Shown one piece after another: positions 1 to 9,618 of a stretch of 64,000 nt of DNA (its first letter is position 1; every line of letters begins with the position of its first letter). The stretch comes from an uncultured virus (IMG/VR IMGVR_UViG_3300027672_001707). Lineage: Duplodnaviria; Heunggongvirae; Uroviricota; Caudoviricetes. The stretch lies in the IMG/VR virus record IMGVR_UViG_3300027672_001707. One strand, given 5' to 3'. A program made the position numbers and the translations under genes. The notes beneath the pieces were generated by a model. That model did not search any database. It was not told where the DNA came from and worked only from the letters and a program-made list of their open reading frames with translations.

Positions 1-75
1 ACACGAAGTAGAAGTATCTAGGTTGATACAAGTGTTTAACAATAACATCTGGAATCATAAAAGGAGTGTAAAATA

Positions 76-336
76 ATGGGTAGCATTACAAGTATATTCG
101 GAGCAATATGGTTTACAGTAGTTGGTGTTGCAGAAACTGGCGCAGTTACTGGTAAAGATATTTTAACTACTGGTAAAGTAATTTACCAAATTAGTGAAAA
201 AACAAAAGACGGAACCTGGGGAGATTCGGCACACGAAGAAGGTGCCCAAATTATTAAGGATATAGCAAGGGGCAGTAATACTCAGGGGAACCTAAATGCT
301 AATCCGTTACCAACAATACCAAAGGGGAACAACTAA
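76..336 (+). CDS. hypothetical protein
   Basis: AAGGAG RBS at about 62; TAATG-coupled to next ORF. Confidence 0.7.
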   Translation: MGSITSIFGAIWFTVVGVAETGAVTGKDILTTGKVIYQISEKTKDGTWGDSAHEEGAQIIKDIARGSNTQGNLNANPLPTIPKGNN

Positions 337-656
337 TGTATAAACCACTTCCAGACGGACTAACAATTAAAAAATCAGGAGTACAAGGCTTAGGCTTGTT
401 TGCTACAAAAGACTTTGAAGCATGGACGATACTAGGCATAGTGCATATATTAGATAAAAACTTTCCACATGGTAGCATAAGAACTGCCTTAGGTGCTTTT
501 TACAATCATGCAGATGATCCTAATTGTAAAAATGTAAAAGGATTTTGGCATCAATTACCTGTAAAATATTTGCAAACAATAAAGCCAATTAAAGCAGGCG
601 AAGAATTAACTGCAAAATATACATTGTACAATGACTTTGATGCAAACGGAAATTAA
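336..656 (+). CDS. SET-domain protein (lysine methyltransferase-like)
   Basis: SET motifs GLGLFA, FYNHADDPN, GEELTAKY. Confidence 0.85.
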   Translation: MYKPLPDGLTIKKSGVQGLGLFATKDFEAWTILGIVHILDKNFPHGSIRTALGAFYNHADDPNCKNVKGFWHQLPVKYLQTIKPIKAGEELTAKYTLYNDFDANGN

Positions 657-676
657 CAATCTAACAAAGGAGTAAA

Positions 677-907
677 ATGACAAGCACAATTGATACACTA
701 ATAAAGATGGCAATTTTAATATTGCTAGTTTATATTTCAATATCAGTTAAGCAGTTACAAGATGAAGTGTTCTGGGACCAGAGTATTATGAAACCAGCGA
801 TAGGCGAATATCAAGGATATAGAGATAACTCAAATGAATTAAGAGATAATGTTATCGGTCTATTGAACGGTGCTTTACAAAACGCAATTAACGAACAGGA
901 GAAATAA
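677..907 (+). CDS. small membrane-anchored hypothetical protein
   Basis: AAGGAG RBS; N-terminal hydrophobic stretch. Confidence 0.65.
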   Translation: MTSTIDTLIKMAILILLVYISISVKQLQDEVFWDQSIMKPAIGEYQGYRDNSNELRDNVIGLLNGALQNAINEQEK

Positions 908-908
908 T

Positions 909-1292
909 ATGAGTATAGACACAGATGTCTTTTTTACTAAAGAAGATTTAGGCAAAAACCTTTACTCTAAAAAAACTTATTACACAGTTATGATAGAACA
1001 ACACGTTCTAGCAAATGACAGTGATGACGCCGATAAGTTATTTTTAGATGGCGGTGGAATAGATTACGATAACGTTAACTCGAGCCTTGCAGAAGCAACT
1101 GGCGGAGTTGAAACAACTGTAGTAGATGCAAATTATACAGATTCGGATACTACGACTTTCTTAGGAAAAGTTGCATATGATGAAGATGATGAATATGCAG
1201 AAGAAGATGGTTCAGTTGTAATCGATACCTATGCAGAAGAAACCTCTCAACCCACAAATAGGGTAGAACAGATGGTAACATCACCGGAGTAA
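909..1292 (+). CDS. acidic hypothetical protein
   Basis: GGAG RBS before ATG 909, in frame with track ORF 870. Confidence 0.65.
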   Translation: MSIDTDVFFTKEDLGKNLYSKKTYYTVMIEQHVLANDSDDADKLFLDGGGIDYDNVNSSLAEATGGVETTVVDANYTDSDTTTFLGKVAYDEDDEYAEEDGSVVIDTYAEETSQPTNRVEQMVTSPE

Positions 1293-1295
1293 TAT

Positions 1296-1976
1296 ATGGA
1301 TAACCATACAAAGGCAGTTCTTAGGAAAATTAAAAAGTGGACATTGTGGACACTTTATCTTATGGTCTTTTCTTCCTCTGTATATGCAGTAGGAACATTT
1401 TATCCAAACAGTTGGGTAGTTAAACGAGTTACTACATTCACTGAAACTCAGATGATTAATGAATGGAAATCATACGGATACCAAGCACCAGAAATAGTGT
1501 ACAGTAGCAATACAGAATTTATAATAGCAGTGGGCAAGTGTATTAGTTTCCATAACCTAACATTAACACAAAAACAAAGAGTACACAGAGATATAATTGT
1601 GGCAATGGCTGTACTAGAAACAGGACACGGCAAAAGCAGATTCGCTTTACAAGGTAATAATTTATTTGGTATAAGAACATGGGATTCAAAGGTTCCGCAA
1701 CTAAAACCGTTGGATTTACCTAATGCAAAATTCGGTGTAAAAGTGTATAAAACTAAATGCGATAGTGTGCTTGATATGATTACTACTATTAATACACACC
1801 CAGCATACGACGGATTTCGCACTCTAAGAGACCAACAAATAGAGTCTGGAGTAATCGATTTAGATGCACAAATTGACCAATTGGACAAGTGGAGTACTAA
1901 CCCAATATACACTAAATTAGTTAAGAATAAAGCCAAAAAGATTGAAGAAATATTGGTAAAATTTTATGGAAAATAG
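1296..1976 (+). CDS. GH73 glucosaminidase (Bax/FlgJ-like) with N-terminal anchor
   Basis: AMAVLETGHG, NNLFGI, WSTNPIY motifs. Confidence 0.85.
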   Translation: MDNHTKAVLRKIKKWTLWTLYLMVFSSSVYAVGTFYPNSWVVKRVTTFTETQMINEWKSYGYQAPEIVYSSNTEFIIAVGKCISFHNLTLTQKQRVHRDIIVAMAVLETGHGKSRFALQGNNLFGIRTWDSKVPQLKPLDLPNAKFGVKVYKTKCDSVLDMITTINTHPAYDGFRTLRDQQIESGVIDLDAQIDQLDKWSTNPIYTKLVKNKAKKIEEILVKFYGK

Positions 1977-1989
1977 TGCATTTAGGGTC

Positions 1990-2042
1990 TTGACAGATAG
2001 AGCAAAGGTGCTATACTAGTAATATAAGTTAAACAAAAGGAG
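1990..2042 (+). promoter_or_regulatory. early sigma70-type promoter, 16-bp spacer, TAAGTTAA leader and RBS
   Basis: TTGACA 1990, TGc-TATACT 2012, TAAGTTAA 2025, AAGGAG 2037. Confidence 0.85.
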
Positions 2043-2048
2043 CAAAAA

Positions 2049-2330
2049 ATGACAATAGAAAAGAAACCAGAAGCAGTTGAAAATCTAGTTATTGACCTTG
2101 ATGGCCCAAATGGTAATGCATTTTATTTACTTGGTGTTGCAAAAGACTTGTGTAAACAAGCAGGACTTGATTTTACTAAAATTGAAAAGAAAATGACCGA
2201 AGGAGATTACATAAACTTAATAAAAGAGTTTGAAAGGTATTTTGGTCCAGTAGTTACATTGCAAACTAGCAATCCAGACTATTTAGATGCGTTTATGAGT
2301 CCAGACGTAGAAGAAACAGTGTTACATTAG
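2049..2330 (+). CDS. early hypothetical protein
   Basis: own promoter and RBS; IDLDGPNGNAF motif. Confidence 0.75.
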   Translation: MTIEKKPEAVENLVIDLDGPNGNAFYLLGVAKDLCKQAGLDFTKIEKKMTEGDYINLIKEFERYFGPVVTLQTSNPDYLDAFMSPDVEETVLH

Positions 2331-2333
2331 GGC

Positions 2334-2390
2334 TTGACAGATAGACGTAAGATGTTATAATAATACTATAAGTTAAACAAATAAGGAGAT
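2334..2390 (+). promoter_or_regulatory. early promoter, 16-bp spacer, TAAGTTAA leader and RBS
   Basis: TTGACA 2334, TGt-TATAAT 2356, TAAGTTAA 2369, AAGGAGAT 2383. Confidence 0.85.
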
Positions 2391-2397
2391 ACAAGAT

Positions 2398-2775
2398 ATG
2401 ATGAAATCAGAAGAATTAGTTAAATTTAATGGTGAATGTGCAGATCCTCAAATTATTTGGGACGAAGCCTGTAAGGCTGGTATAGCCGCAGTTGATGCCT
2501 TTACGGCAAAACATGGTGAACCTATGTACTGTGGTTTTGGTAGTGTAAACATTTATCCTGCAAGAGGACATTTTGTTAAGTTTCTTAAACAAAACGAAAT
2601 TGGTAGGAACGGTTATCCTAAGGGTTGGTCGTTTTCATATTATGCAGTAATGCCAAAAGATCATCCATTTAGGCATACACAATCTTTGGATATCAAAGAA
2701 GAATGTGTTAACGCAGTTGCTAATGTACTACAAAGTTTCGGACTTAAAGCATACGGAGTAGGAAGAGCAGACTAA
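2398..2775 (+). CDS. early hypothetical protein
   Basis: RBS and promoter; TAATG coupling to next ORF. Confidence 0.75.
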   Translation: MMKSEELVKFNGECADPQIIWDEACKAGIAAVDAFTAKHGEPMYCGFGSVNIYPARGHFVKFLKQNEIGRNGYPKGWSFSYYAVMPKDHPFRHTQSLDIKEECVNAVANVLQSFGLKAYGVGRAD

Positions 2776-3089
2776 TGAGTAAGTTAGCAAATTATATAAA
2801 CACTGCAACATCGTTGCAATTCTATGGAGACCCAGATCCTTTCCAAGTTAGGTTAGGTTTTGGGGACTACGAAATGAGTATTGTTAAGCATACTGGTTCG
2901 TATGGTAGCAAGATGGGTTTATATGAAATTGGTTGCTACAAAGACAACTTGATGGTTGAGATGCCTGGTATCACTGAAGATGGTAATACAGTAAAAGGAT
3001 TTCTAACAGAGTCAGCAGTTGACAGTTTAATAATTAAGATGTTTACAGTAACTGGTAAAGATCCTATACAAATTGTGGAGCAAGTATAA
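2775..3089 (+). CDS. hypothetical protein
   Basis: translationally coupled ORF. Confidence 0.7.
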   Translation: MSKLANYINTATSLQFYGDPDPFQVRLGFGDYEMSIVKHTGSYGSKMGLYEIGCYKDNLMVEMPGITEDGNTVKGFLTESAVDSLIIKMFTVTGKDPIQIVEQV

Positions 3090-3385
3090 TGCAAACTAAA
3101 GAATTAGAAATGGCAATCCAAGCCATACGAGCAATTCGAACACAAACAGATTTAAATGAACTTGCACAAGCATGGAAAAGTCAACAAACTTTTATTGCCA
3201 ATCGCATTGGACGAATGGTTAAGAAAGGCGACACTGTACAATGGGAAAACCGTGGTGTTGTTAAAACTGGAACGATTACTAAACTTAACAAAAAGACTTG
3301 TGAACTTAAAACCACAGGAGCAGGTAGTCAATACCAGATAACTAAAATCTACAATTCAATGATTGTAGGGAAGGTAGAGGCATAA
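3089..3385 (+). CDS. hypothetical protein with SH3/KOW-like C-terminus
   Basis: VKKGDTVQW...GTITKLNKKT pattern; coupled ORF. Confidence 0.65.
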   Translation: MQTKELEMAIQAIRAIRTQTDLNELAQAWKSQQTFIANRIGRMVKKGDTVQWENRGVVKTGTITKLNKKTCELKTTGAGSQYQITKIYNSMIVGKVEA

Positions 3386-3528
3386 TGATTAGACTTGCTA
3401 TTTTAATTGCAATATTTTTAGCAGTATATCCTATGATTGGGAATGGCTGGGAGCAGTTCAGTAATGACTTTGATGTTACTGGTGTGTTTGATTTTGTAAC
3501 TAATGCATTTGATAAGATAAAAGGGTAA
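3385..3528 (+). CDS. 47-aa membrane peptide (absent from ORF track)
   Basis: TAATG coupling; MIRLAILIAIFLAVYPMIG... Confidence 0.6.
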   Translation: MIRLAILIAIFLAVYPMIGNGWEQFSNDFDVTGVFDFVTNAFDKIKG

Positions 3529-3532
3529 TAAT

Positions 3533-3745
3533 ATGATAACAAATAAACAATCAAAAAATAGTTGGATTGATACAAACTATCTTCGTGAACGTGTATGTCG
3601 TTATACACCAGAACAACTTGTAGACAAATCATTCAAAGTTAAAAATTGGATGGATATGAATCCTGAGAATTGTTGGGTACAAGATGCTGGTAATGGAATT
3701 ATTAACAAACTTAATGCAACTTATACTATGGAAGGACACATTTAA
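3533..3745 (+). CDS. hypothetical protein
   Basis: fills operon gap. Confidence 0.6.
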   Translation: MITNKQSKNSWIDTNYLRERVCRYTPEQLVDKSFKVKNWMDMNPENCWVQDAGNGIINKLNATYTMEGHI

Positions 3746-3915
3746 TGAACGAAGTCTTAAATGATATCGAAGATTTGAATACGGCAATAACACTTCTTCA
3801 AGAAGGTGCAAGTGATGAAAAGCGACAAGGTATTACAATGTTGCAAAACATGGTTGTTGCTAAAGAAAGTCAATTCAAAGAGTTTGAAAAACAACTGGAA
3901 TTCGAATTAGTATGA
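3745..3915 (+). CDS. 56-aa hypothetical protein (absent from ORF track)
   Basis: TAATG and ATGA overlaps with both neighbours; MNEVLNDIEDLNTAITLLQEGASDEKR. Confidence 0.65.
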   Translation: MNEVLNDIEDLNTAITLLQEGASDEKRQGITMLQNMVVAKESQFKEFEKQLEFELV

Positions 3916-4169
3916 AAAATAAAGCCAGAGAAAATTATCTCGTACAAATGAAGAAACTCTGCGAACAAAGAACAACTGTTGCCCACCGGGGAATAGGAAC
4001 TTTATCTGCAATAGTTCAAATGAATGGCGAGAGACCAGATTATCAAATTACTCCAGGAGTAATGGAACTTATTGAAGAATTGGTTCATGATTACAATAAT
4101 TTTTCAGAACAAATTAAACACACAGATTTACTAATTGATTTAGTGGATCAGAAAATGGACGAAGCATAA
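3912..4169 (+). CDS. hypothetical protein
   Basis: coupled ORF. Confidence 0.65.
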   Translation: MKNKARENYLVQMKKLCEQRTTVAHRGIGTLSAIVQMNGERPDYQITPGVMELIEELVHDYNNFSEQIKHTDLLIDLVDQKMDEA

Positions 4170-4384
4170 TGGATAACGTAATAGACGTTAAAGGAATGTT
4201 TGCGGCAAAACAATTACAAGCAAGTGTTCAACGAGATGTAGACTCTTCGAAGTTTACAGTACAAGTCGAATATGATATCGTAGATAACAAAACGTATAAC
4301 TGGACTAATTTAGACTTTAAATTAATCGATAACAGAACTGGAAAAAAGAGTGAAATACCTATTACTAGTATTTGTAGCAATTAA
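4169..4384 (+). CDS. hypothetical protein
   Basis: coupled ORF. Confidence 0.6.
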   Translation: MDNVIDVKGMFAAKQLQASVQRDVDSSKFTVQVEYDIVDNKTYNWTNLDFKLIDNRTGKKSEIPITSICSN

Positions 4385-4715
4385 TCTAGGCGCCTGTTCG
4401 GCAACTACACAACCTACGAGTATTCACCGTACTAGTACGGCAGATATGAATTTTGAAAGAATTAATCACCTAGTGATTGACTGTAAGATAGCAAAAGCCC
4501 AATATGATTGGCTCGAAAGTGAAAAAAGCGGAAAGGTTGACAAACTAACATCTTCCGTGTATAGTAATACTAGAGCTGGACAAATATATGCAAGTTTTAC
4601 AGGGAAAACAAAATGGGCATACACAACAAGGAGTGGATTACGAAATGCAGTCATCGATTTTAAACAAGATCAAATTCGTGAGCATTGTTGGCCTACTGTG
4701 CCTATCGGGTACTAG
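4350..4715 (+). CDS. putative lipoprotein
   Basis: signal peptide with lipobox LGAC. Confidence 0.7.
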   Translation: MKYLLLVFVAINLGACSATTQPTSIHRTSTADMNFERINHLVIDCKIAKAQYDWLESEKSGKVDKLTSSVYSNTRAGQIYASFTGKTKWAYTTRSGLRNAVIDFKQDQIREHCWPTVPIGY

Positions 4716-5181
4716 TTACGCAAAAGAACGTTGCAACATAATATCTGCAACAGAAACAATTAGTGTAACAGAGATAAAGCAGTATGACAGTGTTACAAAA
4801 AGTGTTATACCAAATAATGATGGTACTTTACAATGTAGTGTAATGTTTAATGCTTTAATTAATGGACAATGGTATCCTGCTTATGGTAAAGCAGATGGAC
4901 ATACAAACAAAAACTTTGTTTGTAACCAAGCATTGGAAAATGCACAACAAGAAGTAGTGCGTATTGCAGGTGCTGAAACAATTATTAGTAACCAACACAT
5001 GGTGTGTGATGACAATAGTGATTATACACAAAAAACAGGTTACGAACCAGAATTTACTTACAAAGGTTTTAGATGTAAGTATTTCATGCAAACTATCGAG
5101 CAAGCCGGTAAGTTGTATAATGTAAGTCAACCCGCTTGTGAGATTGGTCCTGGACAATGGATTTCAATCGAAAACTGGTAA
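4645..5181 (+). CDS. secreted Cys-containing hypothetical protein
   Basis: AAGGAG RBS before ATG 4645; signal peptide ending SYA; paired cysteines. Confidence 0.65.
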   Translation: MQSSILNKIKFVSIVGLLCLSGTSYAKERCNIISATETISVTEIKQYDSVTKSVIPNNDGTLQCSVMFNALINGQWYPAYGKADGHTNKNFVCNQALENAQQEVVRIAGAETIISNQHMVCDDNSDYTQKTGYEPEFTYKGFRCKYFMQTIEQAGKLYNVSQPACEIGPGQWISIENW

Positions 5182-5191
5182 AGAGGAAAAT

Positions 5192-5758
5192 ATGAACAAA
5201 GCAACAACAATAATTGCGTTAGTAGGTGTAGTGTTTCTTTCGGCTTGTAGCACAATGACTCCTGGAAGTCCAGAGTCCCTTGCTAAATTGCAAAAGGAAA
5301 ACGAAAAAGCCAAAATGAAGGTACTTGAGGATCAACTCGACGATATGCCTAAATGGTATTTGAAAACACCAACAAGCGATTATGCCGTTTATGCCGCTGG
5401 TACTGGTATTTCAGAGGATCCACAATACAGTTTGGATCTTGCTATTTTGAGAGCAAAAGTTATGTTAGCAGACAGACTGCAAGGCGAACTTTCTCAAAAA
5501 TCTAATAGTGTAAAGACTCAAGGGTCTGAAGTAAACACACAAGCAACACAAAACATCATCGATGGTGTTAACGTTGCTGGCTATAAGGTTAAGCACAAAG
5601 TTCTGGAACTAGAATCTGGCAAGGTTAGAGCATATGTACTTCTTGAGTATCCAATAAATGGTACGAACGATGTCTTGGAATATAAGGCAACACAAGAAGC
5701 AAATGAGTTCAAGAAGAAGTTAGAAGCAGACGCTCTTAAAGACTTGAACAAACTATAG
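5192..5758 (+). CDS. LPP20-like lipoprotein
   Basis: lipobox LSAC; PKWY...YAAGTGIS...A...AK..LA pattern. Confidence 0.75.
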   Translation: MNKATTIIALVGVVFLSACSTMTPGSPESLAKLQKENEKAKMKVLEDQLDDMPKWYLKTPTSDYAVYAAGTGISEDPQYSLDLAILRAKVMLADRLQGELSQKSNSVKTQGSEVNTQATQNIIDGVNVAGYKVKHKVLELESGKVRAYVLLEYPINGTNDVLEYKATQEANEFKKKLEADALKDLNKL

Positions 5759-5767
5759 AATTACTTA

Positions 5768-5844
5768 CTGCCCTTAGCTCAGTTGGATAGAGCAAGTGCC
5801 TTCTAAGCACTAGGTCAGAGGTTCGAATCCTCTAGGGCAGGCCA
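5768..5844 (+). tRNA. tRNA-Arg (TCT)
   Basis: acceptor CTGCCCT/AGGGCAG; anticodon arm AGTGC-CTTCTAA-GCACT; GTTCGAATC; encoded CCA. Confidence 0.97.
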
Positions 5845-5850
5845 ATGCGT

Positions 5851-5885
5851 AGGCGGTGATACTTAATTGTGTCATCGCCTTTTTG
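5851..5885 (+). terminator. rho-independent terminator
   Basis: AGGCGGTGATAC/GTGTCATCGCCT stem followed by T run. Confidence 0.85.
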
Positions 5886-5890
5886 GGTGA

Positions 5891-5897
5891 ATAAATA
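5891..5897 (+). promoter_or_regulatory. T4-like late promoter (ATAAATA)
   Basis: same motif precedes genes at 15228, 16943, 19301, 22005, 24966, 25954, 36193, 39017, 40038, 44719, 45816, 51108, 51420, 57633; resembles T4 gp55 TATAAATA. Confidence 0.7.
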
Positions 5898-5921
5898 CTA
5901 ATATAATCCTAAGGTGAAAAA

Positions 5922-7055
5922 ATGAAGGCTTTTGTCATTAATCATGTAAAAGAAGATCAACTTCCTACATGGTTTTATCAGGTCGCCACCAATTACACAA
6001 AATTAAATTTTGATTACTGTATGGCAGACCGTTTTGAAGAAAATGCTGATTGGCATTTCTTTGAAACTACTAATCTAAACTATGAACATTTCATAGATTA
6101 TGATATGACAATCGTAGTTACGGCTGGAGTTATATTTCCTTATTCGTATTTCCAAAGAGTGATTGAACCACAGATTGGAAAATTTCGTTGGTATGATATA
6201 GGCCCAGATATTACAATTTATAATCCAAGTGGCACACACAATAATACAAAACTTGAACTATCTTATGACTTTCCTGTAGTTGATCCTTCAAATGCAGATA
6301 CTTTTAGTGCTACTCACGATAGTGCAATAGACATGGTTTTAAAGAACTCAAATCTGGCATATGTTGTGCATAATGAGATACCAAAGCCCGTGTACGGGCG
6401 TATTACACCTATACAATGGGCAATGACAGTGAGCTCCGGCTTCTATATTAACTATATTTTAGAAGATGGTGGCTTTACTGAAGATACTATTGTTAACCAT
6501 ATTGATATAAGCAAAAGCAGTATAGCAGTTCGAAAGTATACTATTGCTAATTGGGACGGGGAAGATTATCTATCCTGGTTGGACCATTTATATGAGAAGT
6601 TTCCACTATTAAGTACCTTTAATGGTAAACAATTTCAACGTGGACACAAGCCTACACATGAAGTATTGGACCATATGAACAAAAAATGGACACATGATGA
6701 ATGGATAACACATTGGACAACGTATAAGAAGTGTAAACACAATTTTTATGTTTGTAATTTAGGTGATCATACTGCACTCAAACGAATATTAGACGAACAT
6801 GAAGCATATGACTTTAGTGTATTCTGGTATAATGGTGCATTAAAGAGACAACCAGCAAATGTTAACAAAACTAGCCAACAAAGTTATACAAATGTAAAAC
6901 GGTTTATGAAAACCTTAGAATCATATAATCCTAAACTACTAGTGTATGGGTCAGATCATTGTTGCCATACATTTAATGGAACTAGTACTAAAGCCGCTTC
7001 AATAATGTTGAAAGACGGTGGCGATTCAAGAGCAAAATTATGGAAACGAGTGTAA
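5922..7055 (+). CDS. hypothetical enzyme, possible SAM-dependent transferase fold in C-terminal part
   Basis: AMTVSSG...VNHIDIS resembles Rossmann SAM motifs I/II (weak). Confidence 0.55.
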   Translation: MKAFVINHVKEDQLPTWFYQVATNYTKLNFDYCMADRFEENADWHFFETTNLNYEHFIDYDMTIVVTAGVIFPYSYFQRVIEPQIGKFRWYDIGPDITIYNPSGTHNNTKLELSYDFPVVDPSNADTFSATHDSAIDMVLKNSNLAYVVHNEIPKPVYGRITPIQWAMTVSSGFYINYILEDGGFTEDTIVNHIDISKSSIAVRKYTIANWDGEDYLSWLDHLYEKFPLLSTFNGKQFQRGHKPTHEVLDHMNKKWTHDEWITHWTTYKKCKHNFYVCNLGDHTALKRILDEHEAYDFSVFWYNGALKRQPANVNKTSQQSYTNVKRFMKTLESYNPKLLVYGSDHCCHTFNGTSTKAASIMLKDGGDSRAKLWKRV

Positions 7056-7627
7056 TACCACAACATAACAAGATTGGTGTATTGTTTAGCGGAGGTGCTG
7101 ACAGTTCACTTATGTTGTATCAAATATCTAAAACACACCCTAACAGTGAATTATACTTGTATGTAGGTTCAAGATTAGATGATGGGCAATATCATTTAGA
7201 CAATGTTGACAAAATACTAAACGAATTAAAGATAAGTAATATTAAAGCATATGCAATATATACTTTTAAAGATAGAGCCGAAGGAAAAGCAAAACGTGAC
7301 AAGTTACGAAAAAAGTTTGCAGAATTCCACAATTTAGATTGTTACATAAACGGCTTTACTCGAAACCCTTCCGAGTATCTTGGAGAAGGATCAGACGAAA
7401 CACGCAATCAAAAACTAGAAAAAGTAGTTACAACTAAAAACGGTTTAACTATGTATAGACCTTTAGCAGACTTAGATAAAAAAGACATTGCTAAACGTTA
7501 CAAAGAGTACAACTTACTTGAAACACTTTTTCCGTTAACTATAAGTTGCGAAGCAACACAGCCACCGAGACCATGCAAAGAATGTTGGTGGTGTAAAGAA
7601 AGGCATTGGGCCTTTGGAGAATATTAA
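7040..7627 (+). CDS. QueC-like PP-loop ATP pyrophosphatase
   Basis: SGGADS PP-loop; TISC...PCKECWWC zinc motif. Confidence 0.8.
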   Translation: METSVIPQHNKIGVLFSGGADSSLMLYQISKTHPNSELYLYVGSRLDDGQYHLDNVDKILNELKISNIKAYAIYTFKDRAEGKAKRDKLRKKFAEFHNLDCYINGFTRNPSEYLGEGSDETRNQKLEKVVTTKNGLTMYRPLADLDKKDIAKRYKEYNLLETLFPLTISCEATQPPRPCKECWWCKERHWAFGEY

Positions 7628-8430
7628 TGCAATTTTATGATTTAGAATTTAGTAGAGACCCATTGTCGATGTGGGAAAAACTAAAAACACAACCACCTGT
7701 AAGTAAAGATGGTTATAATAGTTTATACGATTTTTGTAAAGCAACAAGTAGATATCATTTCGATGAATCGAGAGATGATATTGCAGAATTAGATGGCGAT
7801 TGCCCACCAGTAATACCTGTTGGAAACTTTAGTGGTGACTGGGATCAAGCAGTTGCAGAATTAAGTGCAGAAACAAAACCAGCAGACTTTAAGTTTCGTA
7901 AACAAACAAGAAAAGACACGACAAACGACTGGGAAGAAAACGACTTTAAAAAATGGGGTTATGATATAGATGGTGGATACACTATTGCTAACAGAACATT
8001 ACACCCTAAATTAAAAGATAGTTTACAATACATTGTAGATGCATTTGGTTTTGAAAAGCCGGGTGTAGTAAAGTTTGATGTACAAAAGCCTGGACAATGT
8101 TTTTATTGGCATTTAGATAACTTTGGTGGAGTACTTAAAAAATCCAGACAAGAATATGATAATGCTGATAAGGGAGACTTGGATCAACGCAAAGTAATGA
8201 GAACAATGATATTTTTAGATGATCAACGACAAGGACAGATATTTCAATTAGGTAATCTATTAATAAAGTGGAAACGTGGTGATTGTATTACATGGCCCTG
8301 GAGAGATGTTCCACATGGAACTTGTAATTACGGACACAGCCCAAGACCCGTGTTAAATATAACAGGCATAGTAACAGATAAAACTAGAGAATTTTTAAAT
8401 GATGCAAGATACAGTAACATCAATATTTAA
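7627..8430 (+). CDS. 2OG-Fe(II) oxygenase-like protein
   Basis: WHLD...PHGTCN...R facial-triad pattern. Confidence 0.7.
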   Translation: MQFYDLEFSRDPLSMWEKLKTQPPVSKDGYNSLYDFCKATSRYHFDESRDDIAELDGDCPPVIPVGNFSGDWDQAVAELSAETKPADFKFRKQTRKDTTNDWEENDFKKWGYDIDGGYTIANRTLHPKLKDSLQYIVDAFGFEKPGVVKFDVQKPGQCFYWHLDNFGGVLKKSRQEYDNADKGDLDQRKVMRTMIFLDDQRQGQIFQLGNLLIKWKRGDCITWPWRDVPHGTCNYGHSPRPVLNITGIVTDKTREFLNDARYSNINI

Positions 8431-8944
8431 AGAAGGTAGTACAGACTTGTACAGATGGCCCGATTGTGCTGAACCTTTAATCGAAAAAGTAAACTCATTA
8501 AAGCCTTCAAAAGTATTAGACTTAGGCTGTGGTGCAAATTTATACAAAACAAGAATAGACAATTTAATTGGTATAGACATAGCAACACCAGAAGCAGACA
8601 TAATTATAGAAATAGAAAACTTAACGTTTGCAGATAACAGTGTTGATGTTTGTCTTGCACTAGGAAGTATTAATTTTGGTAAAGAAGACTTAATTAGAAA
8701 ACAGTTAGCACAAGTAAAACGTGTAACTAAACCTGGTGGTCATATATTCTTTAGAGTTATGTGCGAACATACACATAGGTTATATTATCCATGGAATGTT
8801 GAAAAAGTAAAACAATTTGCTAAAGAGTTTAATTTTACATTCGTAGATGGACCTAGAACTATATATAAAACCATCTGGGAAACTAGAGAAGACACAGTTG
8901 GTAACAGAGGACAGGAAAGGCTTTATTGGGAATGGACAGTATAG
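8399..8944 (+). CDS. class I SAM-dependent methyltransferase
   Basis: VLDLGCG, GIDI, FADNSVD, KPGG. Confidence 0.88.
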   Translation: MMQDTVTSIFKEGSTDLYRWPDCAEPLIEKVNSLKPSKVLDLGCGANLYKTRIDNLIGIDIATPEADIIIEIENLTFADNSVDVCLALGSINFGKEDLIRKQLAQVKRVTKPGGHIFFRVMCEHTHRLYYPWNVEKVKQFAKEFNFTFVDGPRTIYKTIWETREDTVGNRGQERLYWEWTV

Positions 8945-9561
8945 TATACAAAGGCACATCAGAAGCAGAACACCATTGTGTGTTGGAAGGTGTTGTGTGG
9001 GATAAACAAGAATTAATAAAATTCTACAAACAGTTCGACGACAGTTGTCACTTACCGTGGAACGAATTCAAAAAGAAGTACAACAAAGATAATCCGTATC
9101 GTAAAACACTTACAGACAAGTTTAGGCAAGTGTATGCTCCTAACTTCGAAGGTAAAGAGTTAATAGATTATCCTGTTATACAAAAGTTTATTAAACAGTT
9201 TAACTTTAAGGTTCCATTAGGAGTTACTGATGTACAAATATTAGCATATGAACCAGGCTTTTCGTTTGTACCTCATATTGATCAAGAAGTAGAAGTAAGT
9301 ATTATGTTACCAATTATTCCAGATGATGGCGGTGAACCTTTAACATTTTCAGAAGGTGACGACTTTCGTAACCCTGGCAAAGAAATTTATAAAGTTTACT
9401 ACAGTACAGAACACCCAACACTTGTAACAGGTAAAGTTATTCACAGTGTTGAGGAGATGAAAGGTTACAGAGTTGTTTTACGTTTTCGAACAAACGGAGA
9501 AACATACAATGACTTAATAGAAAAACACAAAAAAGGTAATTTTATTTTACCTTTAGAGTAA
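8932..9561 (+). CDS. 2OG-Fe(II) oxygenase-like protein
   Basis: PHID...IHSV...RVVLR. Confidence 0.7.
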   Translation: MDSIVYKGTSEAEHHCVLEGVVWDKQELIKFYKQFDDSCHLPWNEFKKKYNKDNPYRKTLTDKFRQVYAPNFEGKELIDYPVIQKFIKQFNFKVPLGVTDVQILAYEPGFSFVPHIDQEVEVSIMLPIIPDDGGEPLTFSEGDDFRNPGKEIYKVYYSTEHPTLVTGKVIHSVEEMKGYRVVLRFRTNGETYNDLIEKHKKGNFILPLE

Positions 9562-9568
9562 ATAGGTG

Positions 9569-9597
9569 TTGACACTAGCAAGTATCTTTGTTATTAT
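9569..9597 (+). promoter_or_regulatory. sigma70-type promoter of the tRNA cluster
   Basis: TTGACA-17-TATTAT with TG extension. Confidence 0.7.
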
Positions 9598-9618
9598 ACA
9601 TTATAAACGTTGAATAAT

